From Penicillus capitatus (lineage: Eukaryota; Plantae; Chlorophyta): a stretch of DNA of 64,000 nucleotides. This document shows, one piece after another, positions 59,501-64,000 of the stretch; positions within the stretch are counted from its first letter, which is position 1; each line of letters opens with the position of its first letter. A program made the translations under genes and the position numbers. The stretch spans positions 62,001-126,000 of the forward strand of contig OZ287694.1 of NCBI GenBank assembly GCA_965649825.1, read 5' to 3'. Under the pieces are notes generated by a model that ran no database searches, was not told where the DNA came from, and was given only the letters and a program-made list of their open reading frames with translations.

Positions 59501-62025
59501 TGCCTTTTGGTACCATTGTTCCGCCGCACTGGGAAAGCCCCCTTACCATCGACACGATTTCTCTTCGATGCGGCCAGTCAACTCAACAAAAGAGCCCTGT
59601 CGAGCAAGGAACAATAGTGCCGTGCAGTTTGGGAAGTTCGTTGGATCCTACGCTCGACGAGTGAACTTTACTGAGCAGTACTTTGGCAGCGGCAGAACAA
59701 CGCATCCAAACAGCACGACGCTGGTGATTGAAGATCACAGGAGTGGCGGGCCACTGCCCGCGATCACCGTAACTGTGATGGATGCCTTTGGACAGGGCCC
59801 AGCTTTCAGGACAGCGAACAAACCGGTCGAAGCCGTCATGACTTCGGAGGATGAGAAATTGGTCAGTGGGCAACGACACGCTAACATGTCTGGCGGCAGT
59901 GCTACATTTCTTGTAGAGGCCATTTCGTTGCCTCCGGGAAACTACTCTATGACGATCTTTTTCCGCAAGACGACGGCCTTGCCACGCATTCATATTTTTG
60001 TCCATTTCCGTAACTGTGCTCTCGGCGAACGGACGGAATTGGAGAATATCTGTTCGGCGTGCGGTGCCACGGCGTTCAATTTCGACCCCGAATCTGGGCA
60101 ATGCCAACCGTGTCCCGAAAACGGCAACTGCACAACGAACGTCATCCATCCCAATCCCGGCCACTGGCACAGCGATCCCTGCTCGGACCACATCCAGGAG
60201 TGCCTCACACACGAGGCCTGCGATTATGAGGAGCGACAACAAAGACTGGTGAATGCTTCAAGGGACATCCACAGCTGCGAAGAGTGCGATGCAGTCCTGC
60301 TGGGCAACTACAGCGACGCCCAGTGCCGACAGGCACGAAGCCGTTCGTGATGACGTGCCTTGGTATCCTGATTGTGTGTTCTAGGGATACAAGGGTCCCC
60401 TCTGTGGTTCGTGTGAAGATGGATATGGACGTACGCGGACACTGGAATGTGCAGAGTGCCGTCAACGTCAACTGAATGTCCTGCTGTACTTGCTCTCGGT
60501 CTTGCTGCTGCTTTTTCTGGCGAGTTTTGCCGTCAAGAGCAACCTTGTCTCCACTGTCGCCATCTGTCATCCGACTGTTCGTCTTGGCAGTTCCTCGGCA
60601 GAGAGCGAACCGGCTGACAGAGGGGAAGCATTCGTCCAGATGACTGAGATAAGGGAAGCATCTTCCACGGACGCCATCGACCGTCAAGAGTCTTCACAAC
60701 ATCGTGCATCACCTGAAGATCTGTTATGCAAGATGCATCGCGCCAAGGAACAACTGGTAGAAGTGTTCAAGGTGACCAGCCACGCACTTCTGCTAAAGGT
60801 TTTTTGAAATTCTCCGTAGATTTCGATCAACTTCTTCCAAGTCGTCGCCATCGCTGTTTCCCTCAACATGAACTGGACAGCGTCCATCATTAGGCTTTTT
60901 TCAGTTGTAGGTCAGTGGTGTTCCATAAGAGGGACGTGCAGATTCCATTTTCTTTTGCGCGCAGATTTTCTGGGTGGTGCGGCAACGGAGACGGTGACGC
61001 TGCCAATCGATTGCTTTCTTCCCTCCGATGCCAGCATTCCAAGGTCCGTGCTGAGGACGATCATCTTCATGGCCATCCCAGTTATGGTTGCCGTCTTCTT
61101 CGCTGTCTTCTGGGCCATCGCCCTTTACAAGTTCGCCAAGACCTGGCAATACTTAGCCAAGAGACTCCTCTTGAGTTACTTGGTCATCGCCTACATCTCC
61201 TACGAATCCGTCACCAAGACAGCCGTCAACATCCTGGTGTGCGTGACGGCCGACGTCTCGTGTGGCGGCGCTGTCAAACCATCCCACGACTACTGGGCGG
61301 TGGACACCTCTGTCGAGTGCTATGAAGGCGCCCATTCCGTGCTGGTCGGCACATTGGGCTGGCCCGTGGTGCTCCTCTTCTCCCTGGGCTTTCCCGTTGG
61401 CCTCGCTTTCGCCCTGGTGTCCGTCCGTCGGTACGCTCCGGAGCGCGATGTGTGGTACAACGAAGCCACTGGGTTTCTGTACCGCGCCTATGATGACCGA
61501 TTCTTCTTCTGGGAGTCGATGATCATGCTCAGGAAATCGCTCCTCGCTGTCATCGTCGCCTTTGGCTATACTTTAGGACCGAACATCCAGGGCGTCCTCG
61601 CTATCAGCGTTTTGACGGCGGCGTTATATTTCCACACCCTCTTTCGTCCTTTTGATCGAGCGTTTGATCAACTTAACGCTTATGAAAGCGCCTCACTCGT
61701 TGTTTCTCAGTTAGCTTTTATCAGCGGTCTTCTGCTCAGTGATGATCGTGTGTCCGAGGAGGTGCACATTCTCCTCAGCATCTTTCTGATCACGGCCATC
61801 GGCGGGTTGTCTTTTTTCTTCTTTCGATCCTTCTGTCGCACTTTTGTCAGCTATGCGCGTATTCAATTCAAACTCGATGGGGTCGAAGACGTCGAAGCCT
61901 GGAGCCAGGCTCGTGTCCTTTTTACTTTTCTAGCCCTTCGTGTTCAGAAATATTTTCGTTTCTTAAGCAACGATCGTGTCCAACGACGAGAAACCGATTC
62001 GACTCGTCCAACCAGTGCAGCTTGA
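56513..62025 (+). CDS. Large secreted/membrane protein: Pmp-like parallel beta-helix repeats, Cys-rich region, multi-TM C-terminus
   Basis: Signal peptide; many GGA(I/L/V) and FxxN repeats (57040-59358); C-x2-C EGF-like/TNFR-like segment; GYKGPLCGSC; about 7 TM helices (60868-62025). Confidence 0.8.
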
Positions 62026-62098
62026 TGTCGCTGGTGCACGGTGGACAGAAACATTAGCTGTCGTTTGAGATGCACATCAGCCACATTAGGTCTCTTCG

Positions 62099-64000
<1,902 letters not shown>

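Overview
Gene-dense eukaryotic nuclear DNA, most likely from a chlorophyte green alga. Evidence: plastid-targeted genes, UGUAA-type poly(A) signals, the standard genetic code, and many tiny spliceosomal introns of about 30-65 nt. About 25 host genes can be read, including CIA30/Rossmann, Asterix, two Tic22-like genes, plastid PDH E2, BRR2, mTERF, PUF6-like, PLAC8, DnaJ-ferredoxin, NadC, ABCC/MRP, YeeE/YedE, a kinase, a core-2/I-branching-like GT, two GT31s, a Pmp-like beta-helix membrane protein and ArgRS. There is also a five-member secreted Cys-protein family that I do not recognise. The most unusual object is an intact, very young 6.83-kb Ty3/gypsy-type LTR retrotransposon (46481-53313, minus strand; LTRs identical by eye, 4-bp TSD). 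Its first ORF is a single polyprotein: signal peptide, torsin/LAP1-like degenerate AAA+ domain, fusion-protein-like ectodomain, TM helix, Pro-rich repeats, Gag, CCHC, protease. It joins pol (dUTPase-like fold, RT, RNase H, integrase) through a -1 slippery site, and it sits inside the 5' splice site of a GT31 gene's first intron. A second window-wide signal is a shared TCACW / TGATGTGAC motif vocabulary in the miniature introns, some with inverted-repeat plus direct-repeat (Introner-like) architecture and GC donors. All gene models, homologies and alignments were done by eye; exon boundaries and some starts are approximate and no database search was run.
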